This document shows, piece by piece, positions 27,267 to 41,339 of a stretch of 64,000 nucleotides of DNA. The notes under the pieces are model-generated. The model was given only the letters and a program-made list of their open reading frames with translations, had not been told where the DNA came from and did no database searches. The position numbers and the translations under genes are program-made. The first letter of the stretch is position 1. Each line of letters begins with the position of its first letter. The DNA comes from Potamilus streckersoni (taxonomy: Eukaryota). The stretch covers positions 855,988 through 919,987 of the forward strand of contig JAEAOA010001547.1 in NCBI GenBank assembly GCA_016746295.1, given 5' to 3'.

Positions 27267-30200
27267 CTGCAAAACTATGCAGAATGAATATGTAACCAAT
27301 TTCAAATAAATTAAAATTCAATTTCAAGGGTATTTTGTGAAGACACAGCTGAGATGATATATCCCCAATGCCAGTTCACCACTCATGTAAACCCTCCTAC
27401 TGGAAATATCCTTTGTTGAAGAAGTCTTGATCTGAATGCTACTTATGATAGTAACTTACTGTACTAATTATGCTACATTTTGTTTCTATGGTAACATACA
27501 AATTACTCCATGCATGAAAAACACCGCATCATGACATGCCATACATGTACATAAGTTTTTGTTGAAATCTTAAACAGGTTGAGAAATAAAACTGTGACTG
27601 TTGGGGGTAATACTAATTTTAATTATGCAACACCCACCTCCTATGATAAAGATGCTATCATTTTTACTGATGCTTGTCCTCAGTCCAAGTCAAGTTTCAT
27701 CCTCCAATTAGTAACTGGAGGCCTAGAACAAAATTCAGAATATCATCCTTCAACAAACTGAACTGGAACTAAAGGCAATCAGAGAAGGGATGGCAAATTA
27801 AATCTGTTAACAATAGCAGGGAAGAATAACATAATTAAAATTAAATTTTCCCCCTACTACATCTTAACAGCAGTAAATATTTACCTGCTTTTATTACATT
27901 CTTGATTTTTCCAGCCCAGATGGATGTTGACTGGCCCGATAACAGCTGTCCAAAGAGAAATTACAATCTGTATCCAGTTTGGTGCTACTGCAAAATCGAA
28001 GATAAATCCTAACAGCTTGCTGGGCTGACATAATAGGGCCTAATGCATTGAATAAAAAATGATGAAGACAAGGTGGACTGAGGCTGCCAATGGCAGCTTT
28101 CATATCATCCAGTGAGGAATGGTGGCTTAAGATGTAGCAGCAACCTTAACCCACTGGTTTTATTTCTCATAAATGCAAGACCTCTCTCAGCGGGAGATTT
28201 GTAAGTTCTTATATACTCAGACTAATCAACCTGAATGTTTGTTGCCAAATATCAGACTGAAGTACTTCTGATATAGGTATGTTTCCAATCATTTCTTGTC
28301 CCATTTGATTTGTCGAAAAAGAAATGTCTTCCTCTGGCTAAATAAAGTCTATCTTGTTTGTCTCTGGTATAGATGCAACAATTTAAATCTGAATTGGTCC
28401 AGAGGCCACCAAAGGTAGACAATTCTTGACTAGAAAGCTGGCCTGGCAAAAAAGAGAATGAACTTAAGTTACCTGTGAAAGATTTCTCTTCTACAAATAA
28501 TACATTAATTACACTTCTTAGCTGATAGCAAGAAAGGATGTCAATTTCAAAGTAAGATACTCAAATGAAGCCTAACTCAGAGGTTCATAAGGAAGTTTAG
28601 ACAATGATCAAAGAACACATAAAAGATTCTAAGCAGGCATTAATGAGAACAACAATGGTTTCTGAAGCTCAAAGTAGCTGACAAGCTTGCTGAGAAAATG
28701 GCTCCACCTTATATCAGATCACAATGAAAAGAAATACATACAACTGCATTTAAAGAGGGACAGATCAGATCAATGCCAAATTACATTCATTATATAATAC
28801 TCTCCACCTGGTGTTGCAAACACTAAAGGCTGACTGCCTTTTAGCCCAAGCAATGCAGTCTTCAACCCTGAAAAAAAGCTTGATCTTGCAGAGAGATTGC
28901 TGGATCTGAGCCTTGCAATGATATGCAGGAGACACCTTCTGTGCCATATAATAAGATTTCTCAATAGCAATAACTCCATAGGAATGTCCACCAACAGGTC
29001 ATGTAGATTACTGATTCACATCAGGAATTGTAAATAAGTCTACCTATGGTTTCACCTGTAATCAAATGAGTCAATGCTATTGAATGGTATAGTGACCATT
29101 TTACAAGGACTGCACATCCTTGCTTACACAGGATATTTGCTAGAATATTTCTCTTGCCTGGAATGCAGCTTACTGTGAGAGTGTATCATTTCATCTAAAA
29201 TTGTTCATCAGGGAAGTTCCAGACTTTCAGGGATGAGCATGGGCATGAGTACCTTCTTCGTGTCTGAAGTACACCCACAACTGATGAGTAATTCATGGCG
29301 ACCATATCACCACTGTATCTTATTAAGTTAATGCACTCCTACAGTGCACATATTTCTAGTCTGTTAACATTCTGGAATAAAATCTTGCTTGGATCTTAAT
29401 CCCTGAAGGACAACTCCCCATGGTTATAGATCAGCACCCCAGGTTGAATATTTGGCAATGATACACAGGAAGGAGTGAATCAGTGAAAAAAAAAGATCCC
29501 AGTAGAATCCTAGCTAAAAGAGCATCCTGGTTAGGTTGCCTATCTACTAGTAGTCGAAGCTATTGAGGCTTAATATGAAGTCTTCTTATGGTAACTGGAT
29601 CAGTTGACATCGTCAGGGTCTCCAGGACAAAAGCATCCAATGAATTCTCAAACACTTGCATTAAAAAGGGATATGTTGGAAGGAACACAATCCATCCCTT
29701 GACCTGTTAAGAAAATTCATCTTTAGGTAAGTGAAAAGGAACCAGATCAAACTCTTCCTGGTTTAAAATTAAGACCAGGTGATTCACTGTCTTCCAAATT
29801 AGACATTTCTCAGAATGTTGTTTATTAAACCCTCAATGACATAACGGATGATAGGCAAGTCCAATAATCCTAAGGGAGCTTCTAATATTAGTCCCATCAC
29901 CCTGGTAAAGACTTTGGGAATCAAAGCTATACTGATAGAAAGAAACCAAACTTGAAAAATTTCCCTGTCAAGACAAAACCACAGGATTTTTCTGCAAGAC
30001 AGAAATATGTTAATGTGTATGTAAGCATCTTGGAGGACTATGAAGATGCTCAGTCATTTACATTTATGGCATTTCATTGGTTGATGTTTCTCATCATGAA
30101 GCATTCTTCCTGAATAAAGTTGTTTAATGATGAAAAATTTTCCCCCTTTTCGTTGACTCTAGGAAGATATGGAAATAGAATCCCAGGCTTTGAGTGTTTA

Positions 30201-32262
30201 TTGCTCTCTTACTATCCCCTTCTTTAAAAAGATGTAATAATTGTAATAATATTACATGTAATCATTCTTTTTGAAAGAGGGCAGCTTTATGAAGACTACT
30301 TTGAGTTTCTCAGCTACTTTCTAACAGTCTGCAAACATTCATCTTACTACCAAAAAATGTGAAGGAAAAAATTACAATATTTAACAAAGAATAAATCAAG
30401 TAATATGATTTTACATTACTCTAACAAATCTATCCCAAACAAAAAAACACTGGAACAGAAGAACTGTGAATAGCAAAAGTCACACATGAACTTTATGTGC
30501 ATCAAGTTTCATAGAGATACATTCAACAACTACTGTTTACAACTTGTGCTCAAGAAACAAAAGTGTGGATAATGGTTGGATATATTGGCAAGGAAAAATT
30601 AATGAGACATAAAAAATATTGAAACTCAAGAATTATAAAAAGCAAAAGGTATATATGAAGCACAATACAATATGTGTACTAAGTTTGACCAAAATAAAAT
30701 GAACAGTTTGAGTTATGCTCAAGAAACAGTGTGGATAAAGGATGGGTGGATGGATGAACTGGACAGTAAAATTGTTGAAAATGAATAACTTGAGTAGCAG
30801 AAGGTACATTGAGACTATTGCTCCAATATTTATACAATGTTTCACAGAAATTCCTTGAATGGTTTTATAGTTATTTCTGAAAAATGAAAATATTTATAAA
30901 TATACAGAGAGAAGCAGACTGCAGACAACCAATAGTTATATTCCAGTATCAAAATACAAACCCAAACTATCAATACAGGATGAAGCAGAATGAAACCTAA
31001 CCTCAATGATATGAACCATCCAAAAGTAAGAATTTTCTTGTCAACTTTCAATCCCTTTAAATGCAGTATAAGATACCCCTTATAATAAATTAATTTTTTT
31101 TATCAAAATTTGCCCATAATTATTTTTAATGGGTTTTTATTGTTCAAATCCCTTTGCAGCTTTAATAAAGATGTCTGGCAGAATTGTGTGTTCTTGACCT
31201 GATGAACATTTTAACTAATTACAACATTTGCATCCTAGTCTAATTTGCTATTGTTGGATGATGCATTTTGCTCAGGACTAGGTTCTATTTCAACAATGTT
31301 CTTACTTTTCCAAAACTCATAGACCAACTGAAACAGCAATCCTGTAAAAACTGACCTGCCCATCTGAGATTTTGAGCACAGGCAAAGACTGGTCACATGG
31401 GTCTTATAAAACTGGATACAGTTCATTATAAAATTCTTGTTACAAATTTGCTACCTATCTACCTGAATACACCAGAGAATGCTGTTAACCATTTGATTTG
31501 TGACTTATGTTACACTTTAAAAAGAAATACAATTTTGTTTAAAGAAAAAAATATTGGTTTACAGTAGTTTGGATATAGAACTCATTATTAAAGCAATGTT
31601 ACCCAGTTTTACATGATCAGGTGACCAGTCTTAGCTTCTGTTTAAAATATCAGCAGTACCAGTCAAGTTTCATTAAGAGTGTTTCAGTTTAGGATTCAAC
31701 TGCTAAGACAGTAAGAACAATGTTAAAATTTTTTAAAATGTGTGACAAAAAAAATCCAATAATTTTCAGTTTTCTGATGCAAACTTTCATAACAAAAATT
31801 AAGTTTGTTCAAGTGTTAATTGGGTCAAATGCACACAATAAGTCAGAATATTTGCTTTCGAACCTGCAATGAAATTTTGTTTAGAGAAAAAAAATTCCAG
31901 TAAAAAAAAAAAAAAAACAGTAAAAATCCCTAAAAGGATTATCAATAAGAATACAAACTATGTCCAAATCTACCCATTATACCCACCTACACAACTCTGA
32001 ACATTCAAAAAAATTTAGTCTAATGGGATAGCAGACTTTTTAAAAGTACTTTTTAAAATAAAACCACATACAATTTTAATTACATCAGGTAATTATTCAT
32101 TTAATGCAAGTATGTTCTTCACAAGTATGATTATCCTAATGTATGGACTGATTACATTATTCAACCTCCCCATAAATATATTCTACATAAATGCACTCCC
32201 ACCCCAGCCATTTAATTATAAGCAAAAGCCTACCTTTGATTCAGATAAATTCAAAAGGAATT

Positions 32263-32284
32263 GTGTGTGTGTGTGTGTGTGTGC
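32263..32284. repeat. (GT)n microsatellite followed by a degenerate CA/TG-rich stretch
   Basis: ttgtgtgtgtgtgtgtgtgtgtgcacgcatgtgccacacacacatgcg, adjacent to the tail of SINE family 2 copy 2. Confidence 0.9.
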
Positions 32285-32307
32285 ACGCATGTGCCACACA
32301 CACATGC

Positions 32308-32612
32308 GATTTGGCTTTTTAACAGATTTTAAAAAATTTCAGTCATATTGCTATGATGTCTGCACTGTGGCACTTGTAGTGATGCCTAGCACTGAACATC
32401 ATGCCGCAAACATGTAGCATCATGTCCCACCCAGTCACATTATTCTGATACCAGGCCAACCAGTCCAAACACAAAACACTTAATGCTGAGCACCTATCAA
32501 AGCAGCTGTTAGTAACAATTTAATAAGTCTTTGGTATAACTCAGCCAGGGTTTAAACCAGTGACCTTACACATCCAAGGTGAACAATCTAACCACTAGGC
32601 TGCTGGAACAGT
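32308..32612 (-). mobile_element. tRNA-derived SINE, family 2, copy 2; (GT)n microsatellite adjacent at 32263-32284
   Basis: Minus-strand head CACTGTTCCAGCAGCCTAGTGGTTAGATTGTTCACCTTGGATGTGTAAGGTCACTGGTTTAAACCCTGGCTGAGT. It shares the body ...ctggtatcagaataatgtgactgg... and the tail ...catattgctatgatgtctgcac... with the other copies. Confidence 0.7.
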
Positions 32613-35600
32613 GTGAATTAAGAAATAACAGTCTACATCTATAAATATATCAAATTATGTACAGGATCTCATATGATAAACAAATTTAACACAAAACAAA
32701 ACAAGACATTGCATGTTCCATGTGAACTTTGCCTTTGCAGTTCATCTCAATACACAGGCATAATTCAATGGGAAAATGACATAAGCACATATTGTGCTTA
32801 GCTTTTAGACCCTGGGTGATGTTTTTTTTTATTGTTTTGAGATGACCATACCAACAATTGATAACTATAAAGTACATATAACTCAAAGAGCACCCAGAAA
32901 AAACAAGATACATTTAAGGTCTTAAAAAGAAGTACCTCTTCACTTATTGTCATCTGCTGAGTGTCTGTTCACAGAATTTTGTGTAATTAATGTTATGTGA
33001 ACCTTAAAAAGAAAGGAACAAATAAAAACTCCAAGTTTCTTCTTCAGGACTTTCGTATATTCTACAATAAATTTATACAATGGTACACGAGATGTTTGTT
33101 TTGCAAACATGGGCAAACTTACATATTTATCAAGTTTTTCTATATTTGTTTTTCATATACATGTCTTACATGAACTATCATGATACAGATCGTATCAAAG
33201 GTAATTATGATACCCATCATGATACAAAATTGGTGGTGATATCCAGCTCTACATATTTCATGCATGTGTGGAAAAAAAAAATCACTCTGATGCCTATCTA
33301 ACAATTATGCAATGATCAATTTAAATGTTGTTGTCAAGCTACTTTATAAACAGCAAAGGAAAAAAATGTTACAATGTATGGCAGACTGCAAATGCTGTTA
33401 AATATAGTATAATGATACTATTCTTAATAATATTCTTAAAACTGCATTTATGAAGAACATAAATTTACTTCTATCAGGTAAAAGTGGAGTGCTAAAATAC
33501 TTTGGAGCTTAATTAAAATTTGACATCTATATTTAATTTTCAGTATTTTAAAGTTGATCATTTACCGCAAAATTATGTGTCATGTTAAATTACAAAATCA
33601 AGACACAGGAAAGAAATTACGTTCACTGACCCTTTATTAAAACTATATTGTCTATCTCACAATGAAACTGATGAAAATTAACTGCAAAAAAGCCCTAAAT
33701 ATTAAAGGCTATGTCTAACATTCAAGCTTATCACATTAAACCAGAATATTAAAGAAATAATGGACGTCCTTAGATCCACTGATAATACTAATAATTTTGT
33801 TTTGTTTTTCATCACTCAATTTAGAATAATTTGGGCTTCAGTGTTCTTTCAAAGATCAGGATATTCTCAATTATATTTTTAAAAAGAGTAGATGTTTTTG
33901 ATCTTCATGTGAATGTAAATATCCTACCTGAAGAGTTCCCTAATGAATCTCATTCTTCTCCATGATAAATGTCTGATTGTTCATGACTAAATTGTTTGAT
34001 ATTTAGGATAACAAGGCCAGAAAGTTGGATCTGTACACAGGAAATAACTATCATATTAATCAACTTCACTGGAAAGATAACCACATTAATTTGATTTTTA
34101 TCAAGATGGCCTCTTCCTCTCCTTACAGCCATCTGTTCCACCACTTTAACACTGAAGACCAACAAACATGGGGAGATTTTCAATTTTGGGCCAATATTCC
34201 ATGACTTTTCGATGACAAAATTATTTCCCCCAGGATTTAGGGAACCCTGTATCTTGATACTGTCATTATTTTAAGTACTGTTTGTCCATAATACTGTAAT
34301 TCAGTTTTAATATAGTCAAAGTTGTTCTATGTGAGTGGTTAATGCAAACAACACTCGAAAAAATAGTGACAAAATCAAAACACTAGGGTTAAGAAGGGCA
34401 TTAATTCTGTCATTTTCTTGTTAATAATCATGGAGTGCTATTTAGTTCTTAAGATGCACATAACTGGAGACCTACCTCTAACTAAAAATATCAAACTCTG
34501 ACAGTATGTGCTTAAACAGAATAAAAGCATTATTTTATTTAATAATCAATTCACTATTTCTTTACCATCTCATCATACAAAGTAATGTTCTAGGCTACTT
34601 GCAAGAAAATAAATGGTGCATTTGTATTCTTTACCTGAATATGTAACTGAGAGTTCCATTACATCAAATGAACCTTGAACACAAATTTCTAAATATGCTT
34701 TTGTAAAGGACCAAATTTTTAGGTCAATCTTTGTTAGTGTTAATCTCTATAGAAAATGTCCAGCTAGATGAATGTATGATTAACAATATTTATGGGGAAT
34801 GGCCGCATTTAAAAAGCCATAATGTACATATTGGTCCAGCCAAAGTCAGGAGTTTTTGATATATAATTATAGGCTTAGTTTGTTTAAACTTACCGGAACC
34901 ATGTTCAAGTTATAGTTTGTTTAGAAGCTGACAGTCTAGGACATGGACCCAAAACCAGTTGGTAGCCATTGTTGATGGACAAATTACAGTGTTTCAATGC
35001 TTGGGAAAGCAGGATTTTTTTGTAATTCTGATTGTTTGTGCTGTGGAATTGGGCAAGGTTTCACACAAAAAAACTTAAAATGTGCAGGAACTGACTTCAA
35101 ACTTCAGTCTACACTTTTATACGAGATAGAATCATAAGACTCCAAGAATTTCAATGAGTAAATGTCTCATAAAAAATTTTTATCCAAGGGGTAAATGATT
35201 GTTGGAAGAATCTAACAGACATTAAAAGCTTGAAATACAAGGTATCTGAATAAATCTCATGTAAATAGTTTATACTATTTTTTAATTGCTTGTATATTCA
35301 TGTATTTGCAAAAATTTATTTGTTAAGAGTTAATTTTCTTGATATGGTATACTTGTGTTGAGTTTGTTTATCTGAGTCAGCACAATGAAATTTTTCTTTA
35401 TATGTATATTGATGGCTCGCAAAGCTATAATCTCAATTATTGTAGGGAATTATGTATTCCAAATTCATGATTATTCTATATAAGAAATTATCTAATGTAA
35501 CTGTTGAGTTCATTTATCTGAACTTGTACAATGATATTGTTACTTATATACATGGATGAATTCATGAAATGTTGATATTATGGAAGCAGTTGACATTATC

Positions 35601-36483
35601 CAAATGCATTTATTTTGTGTAATGATAACACTAAGGTAGGGTAAGGAATTTCATTCATTTGCATGTAATGAGACTAATGAGGGATTAATGTCCCGTGTAG
35701 CATAAATGGCCATTTGCAGACCATTAGTCTGGGAACCAGGTTATAAGTTCTCATAGATAGCCATAGTCTGTTTGAATCCGATAGAATTACACCTAACCTC
35801 GAGAGGTGAGACTAATGATTTATTCCTGTATAATGTGACAGAAGATTTAGGTTGTGTTTACATTTCAAGGGAGACACATTTTAGAACCCAAACAGAGTGG
35901 GAAGCCAAAAAGGTGCAGTGAGGAACAAAAAGAATTTTGGAAAGAAAGGAAACTGGAATGGAAGACTTAATGGTGCTAAAGAACCAAAGTACAGTCTAAG
36001 TGGATCTGTCAAACATCAGGTTAATAATTCATGCAAGGCAGTGTTATTCAATCTTCTCACTCAGGGTTTTAAATGATTTAATTCTATTGTAAACAGAATC
36101 AGCTAATTTTATAATCTTATTTGCATTTTGAAATTTCTTAATTAGTTTGATACAAATAGAATTATAATGTTTATATCATTTGCTTGTGAAATATTTTTGT
36201 TTTGAAATTTGATGAAATTTTGTATTTATTTGTAATGGGGGATGAGTTATTCTGTTCTATATATTAGCTCAGATTACGCATTTATAAAACCCATAAGTTC
36301 ATACTTTGTCTTGACTTTTTTTGATACCGGGCAAATTATACCATCGACGATCACCTCTAGACACTAAGCCAAAACCAGTTAACCCACCACAAATAAGTTG
36401 AGGAGGGGTTTACCACAGCTTTATTTGCTGGATTCATTAAAAACACTAAAATAATATGATCTACATTATAAACGTGCACTTAC

Positions 36484-36609
36484 ATAATCTGTATCAGTAA
36501 ATTTCTCACTGGCCCGAAGAATTAGTCCCTCGTCCTCACCCATGATGTACACATTCTGAATTCCCCTCTCCAAGTTCTCACCAGGCATCAAGAAAAAGGA
36601 CTTCTCACC
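36484..36609 (-). CDS. MVP: Major vault protein exon
   Basis: [42 protein letters not shown] matches human [44 protein letters not shown]. Acceptor attgcAG|GGTGAG, donor TAT|GTAAGT. In frame with both flanking exons. Confidence 0.8.
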
Positions 36610-37379
36610 CTGCAATAAAGTTGTCAACTAGTTTGAGAATTTATCTTCAAATAATTTTAAAAATCACATGCATGAAAAACATTGTGGTTTTCTTATCATT
36701 ATCTTTACAGTCATCCATACACTACAAAAGGTATGACATGACATAAAATAAATGACAATGAACAGGAATATTCCTCAACTGCTACAGAAAATATGCATAT
36801 CAATATTAAATTTAATTTTTAAAAAAAATGAAATGCAAAATGTATTATGTTGTATGAGATTTCGAGAAACTTTATGAAAGTCTGTAATATAGTCTTAAAA
36901 TTGTTGACCAAGTATTAGTAGCTGGCAATAATGTTAAAGTGATAATTCTGACCCCCCTCCAACCCATTTTACCATTATATAGCACAATTAGAACAGTAGC
37001 TTCTGATCCTACTCTTTTCCATTTCCAACATACTAAAATTTCAAAATAATCTAATTAACATAATTCTCTATGATTTTCTTGAAAAATTATTGCTAAAACT
37101 TCTCTCAAGAAACAAACAATACTCCTTTTGCACATTCTTCATCTAGAATAGAGCACGGATAATAATGCAAAACCTGACCAGACTTGTTATGTAGGACTTG
37201 ATTCTTTACGACCGTTACTTTTGTTCCGTAAAAGTTATATGATGTGAGCCCAGAATAATTAAACTTCCACAATACACTGTTAAGTGAGGAATTATGATAT
37301 GCTGCTGTTCCCAAACACTCATATTTCCCAGGGATTTCATCTGGAAAAAATTTCAGAAGCTGAGAATACCCCATATCTA

Positions 37380-37850
37380 GATGCTAAGCACCAGTATGGT
37401 TTTAGCAAGAAATACCACCACAGTCAATGTGGTCACTGTTGTTGACAGAATGCTGACCATTGTGGCTATGGAGTCATCATTGTAGGGTCAACCTACTGTC
37501 CACAATTATTGTCTACCCCTTTACAACTGTCCTCCAAGTCATGTCTCTGGGCTGCAGCCTGCTGTAAATAGCTGGGACTTACATTTTTTACTGGATGAAC
37601 ATAAAGGCCAAAAAGTATGAGGAGATTCACATGTTGGCCAAAGCCAAGCTCAGTACAACCCTCAACTATGTGTCCAGGACACTGCACGACAATGCCATCT
37701 TTGCGGAAGAATCCAAGCTCATCCTGAATGAGTATGATAAGTTTGTGGCTGTCAAAAATAATATAAAATCTACCATACAGATGGCACATGCCTCCATTGC
37801 CATTGGAGAAAATTAAAATAATGCAGATACAATGGTCAAAGCTACTCAAG
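37380..37850 (+). other. GC-richer block with a weak similarity to a reverse-transcriptase domain (QYGF...) — possible old retroelement remnant
   Basis: Translation AKHQYGFSKKYHH... recalls the RT motif QYGFR.GRST. No other motif is intact, and the overlapping ORFs on both strands (37493-37849 minus, 37595-37816 plus) have no recognisable similarity. Confidence 0.15.
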
Positions 37851-38140
37851 AGTTTTTGAAAATCTGACTACAACTCAGACATCATGATAAGCTGCATGAT
37901 GCATCACTGGCCAGTCAGCTCCTGGACATCTTTTCAGCACAAGGCCAATCTCCAGCACACCTCCACCACAAGATGCAGTTTCTCAACAATGGGCTGACCC
38001 CAAAAATATCATGATAAAGTACAGTGCCTTTAATTATCTAGTCAAACCTCAGTGCTGGGCTGAGGTGTCTAAAACCCTAACTTTACTTCCACTTCTCCTG
38101 AAACTAGCTGCATCAAAATATATGCATACTTATGGGCAGC

Positions 38141-38770
38141 TGTCACTGCCAAAATTACATTATTCAAATTATGTAGTGTGATATCAAATGATTTAACCAG
38201 CAAATGAAACTATATCCAGATACCAAATGATGCGTGTCATATGAAATGATTAAGCAAACAAAATCGAATGATGAATTGGATTCCAAAAGACATGGTATTA
38301 AATAAAACGACGCAGTGTGAAATGAAATGATTTGACCCAACAAACGGAATGATGAATTCAGGCTTCAAATGATGTGTGATATGAAATGTAACATGAAATT
38401 AAATGAAATGATCTGGTATTAAATAAAATGATTTAAAGAACAAAACGTAATTATGATATCTGCTTTCAAATGACTTGGTATTAGATAAAATGATGTACTC
38501 TAAAATTAAATTATTTAAATCAATAAATAAAATCATGAATTTAAATTCTAAATGATCTGGTATTAAATAAAACGATTTTAAGAATAAAAGAGATTCATGG
38601 ATTATGAATCCAAATGATGTATCATTAAATAAAATTATGTAGTTTAAAATAAAATGATTTAACCTAACAAATGAATTGATGAATTCTGATTCCAAATGAT
38701 GTGGTATCAAATGAAATAATAGTGTAAAATGAAATGATTTAACCTAAAAAATGAAATGATGTATTCATAT
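38141..38770. repeat. Satellite-like tandem array (about 70-80 bp units built from aatgaaatgatttaa / ccaaatgatg motifs); left arm of a large inverted repeat
   Basis: Repeating units ...ccaaatgatgtg(g)tat(c)aaatgaaatgatttaacc(t)aacaaatgaa(t)tgatgaattc... visible by eye. The arm starts with tatgggcagctgtcactgccaaaattacatta, which reappears reverse-complemented at 42066-42095. Confidence 0.7.
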
Positions 38771-38989
38771 TAAAAAAACAATCGCTTTTCCTTGATATTT
38801 TCAAACATCATTTGCTAAATTTTGGGTACATTCAAGCATCATCTGTGTTTCTTTTTTGTCATAACACACTCCAAAGGGGGTAAATATTTATTGTCCACAT
38901 AATTTCTTTCAAAATATATGACCACCCCCCCCCCCAACAATTCAATACATTTGGATAGCAGTGGGGTGTTTGAAATTTAATAAACTTGT

Positions 38990-39516
38990 GAATTTTATAA
39001 AAGTTACATACAACCATATTTAGACAACTGTAATACAGTATGGGGCAATTCAAATGATAAAAACTTAGCAAAGCTTTTGTGTTAATATTCCAGAAAGCAA
39101 GCAAGGAAAATTTAGCTGGTAAGTTAAAAATATTACCTATTAAAGACCGAATCTGTTTGAGAAAAGCCAAATTAATATACAGGACAGCCAATAATAGTGC
39201 TCCTGAATATTTACAATCACTATTCAAGTATAGGCTACCTGGAAATACTCCTCACCTGCAATCAATGTTTACCAAACATTACAAAATTCCCAAACCAAAT
39301 AAGGAATTATTTTTTAAAAAAAGTTTCCAATACTCTGGAACTTTGCTCTGGAAGAGTACTCCTGTTGAGATTAGAAATTTTCACTCTATCTCCTTTTTCC
39401 AAACCCAGTATGTACAGTGGCTTCAGAGATGCAGCAAAAAATAATTAAATTCCTTTGAATGAGGGCCTCAAGGTAGATTAGGTACTAGCTAATTGAGTTA
39501 CCATCTTTAAATAAAG

Positions 39517-39602
<86 letters not shown>

Positions 39603-39605
39603 TAA
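38990..39605 (+). mobile_element. LINE family A 3' end (ORF2 C-terminus plus 3'UTR) ending in an (AAT)n tail
   Basis: High nucleotide similarity to 21100-21640. Translation ...KDRICLRKAKLIYRTANNSAPEYLQSLFKYRLPGNTPHLQSMFTKHYKIPKPNKELFFKKSFQYSGTLLWKSTPVEIRNFHSISFFQTQYVQWL is the typical CR1/L2-type ORF2 C-terminus. The 3' tail ...ggcctcaaggtagattag...taattgagttacc... runs into (AAT)n at 39517-39602. Confidence 0.75.
39517..39602. repeat. (AAT)n microsatellite of about 28 units forming the tail of the LINE family A copy
   Basis: Direct observation of ataataata... Confidence 0.95.
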
Positions 39606-40273
39606 GGAATTCAAATACAAATTATATTCTCTCTCCTGGAGGTAAAGGAAGAACAAAAACAAACACTAATATGTTGCTGTAAACTGGAGAAAAAGGGGCA
39701 AGAAGAATTGATAACCTTGGACCTAATGCGTATGCACATACAGCCTGTAATGTCATATATATATATATATATTATATATATATAAAAAGTAGTGGGCAAC
39801 AAATTTTGGACTTAGTGTGTATGCTTTGTAAGATCATTAAACATGGTAATTAATACTTATTAAATAAGATGCAGATTTAATCTCTTTAGATGATAGATCT
39901 AGCTTTGTTGGAGCCTTAGAAAGTCGTGCAGTACTGGGCAGAACTTAGAAAAGAAAAATAAACATGCACATTCATTAATGTGGACAAAGTCTTTTTATGC
40001 TGATTGGAAAACATAGTTTCTGTTTATATCACACAAAAAGAAACTTACTTTTGCTGTCCAATGTCATCTGCAAAAATCTCAGCTGAATGCTGTAAATAAA
40101 CCTGGAGATTATTTGTTTGGGCGTGCTGAACTCATTCGTCACAGATAACAGTGACCTCATGTGTTTGTTTGGATTTACACCAGATGATTTACATGTTGAC
40201 CGTACATTGTAATTCTGTTTCAAGTCAGACTGTTTCATTTCATTTAAGACCACATCATTTAGAATATGGACTA

Positions 40274-41335
40274 ACCCTTTCATCACTGTGGACCGCATAT
40301 CCGGTCCAGGGGAAGTAAGCCCGTAAACACTATTCACTGAGTTTTCGGTCTAGGGCAGTGTTCTTTTTTAACGTTATAGTACCCGACTAAATATCTTTCG
40401 GGGTACCTCTAATAACTTCCATCTGGTAATGTAGATGTTATATTTGGATTATCTCGTGATTTTGGCTTGTATACAACTAGAAATAACTAACAAAGTAGGA
40501 ACTTTTAACGTGTTTTCCGAATGCTGAAATTTGTATCCGAAATGGCAGCGTTTGAAGGAATTTTAGAGAGTTTTCAGAGGATTTAAATAATTTTGACCTG
40601 ATAAATTTGGATGAAAATGAGAAAAGACGTATGGAGAGACAATGGAATGCACTTGTGGGTGACAGTGATGATGATGAAGATGACTTTGAAGGTTTTGAAC
40701 CAGAGGAATTGTACGCTCCACGTGGGTTTTTTTTTGGACGAAGCTCGAAAACCAAAGAGATTTGTTTCAGTTTTCTGAATGAGTTGGGCACACTCGAGAG
40801 TTAGATGGCTCCAGGAAAGCTTCGGATTATTTTCAAATATTCTATTCAGATGAAATTTTTGGAAAACTTGTCCATTTAACGAACTTAAATGTGACGATCA
40901 AACGTGGCAGAGACAATAATAGGTGTGTGGACAGATCTCACCTTGGAGATCATTTTGGTTCATTTTATAGAATTTTATATATTATGGACACCATAAAAGA
41001 AAAACTTGTGTTGTTACTGTGATTATTCACTAGTACATCTAGGGTCAATTGAACAAGTTTTGAGAACTTTCTAAGTTTTCTATGAGGTAATAAAATAATT
41101 GTATTTTACCTCTTGTTACCTGAATTTTAATAGATGTAATAGATATGCATATTTTTATTGAATTAGTCATAAAATTTGATTTTTAACCATGATTTTGACA
41201 CCTAATTCAGCCAGATATTTTTAACATTGGCAAAGTTATGTTGTTTCAAAGTCCACAAGTCATTTTGCTTTACAACTCCAAAGTTACTTAGTGTTGAGGA
41301 CTCTATGCCTACAAAGTTACTTAGTAATGAAAGGG
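40274..41335 (+). mobile_element. Non-autonomous piggyBac-like DNA transposon (about 1.06 kb), copy 1
   Basis: Terminal inverted repeats CCCTTTCATCACT...AGTAATGAAAGGG. Flanked by CTAA (40270-40273) and TTAA (41336-41339). About 93% identical over its full length to 59620-60702. A subterminal palindrome GGACCGCATATCCGGTCC is present. Confidence 0.7.
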
Positions 41336-41339
41336 TTAA

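Noticed and set aside
29200-29900. GC-richer block that I test-translated in all frames looking for retroelement pol or integrase similarity
   Set aside because: No frame gave a convincing motif. The stretches such as ..VKGWIVFLPTYPF.. are too short and too interrupted by stops, so the block is left unannotated.
38399-38710. 103-aa minus ORF, and 129-aa plus ORF at 41227-41616
   Set aside because: Both lie wholly inside the satellite arrays. Their periodic, low-complexity, I/L/F/N-rich sequences are repeat-unit translations.
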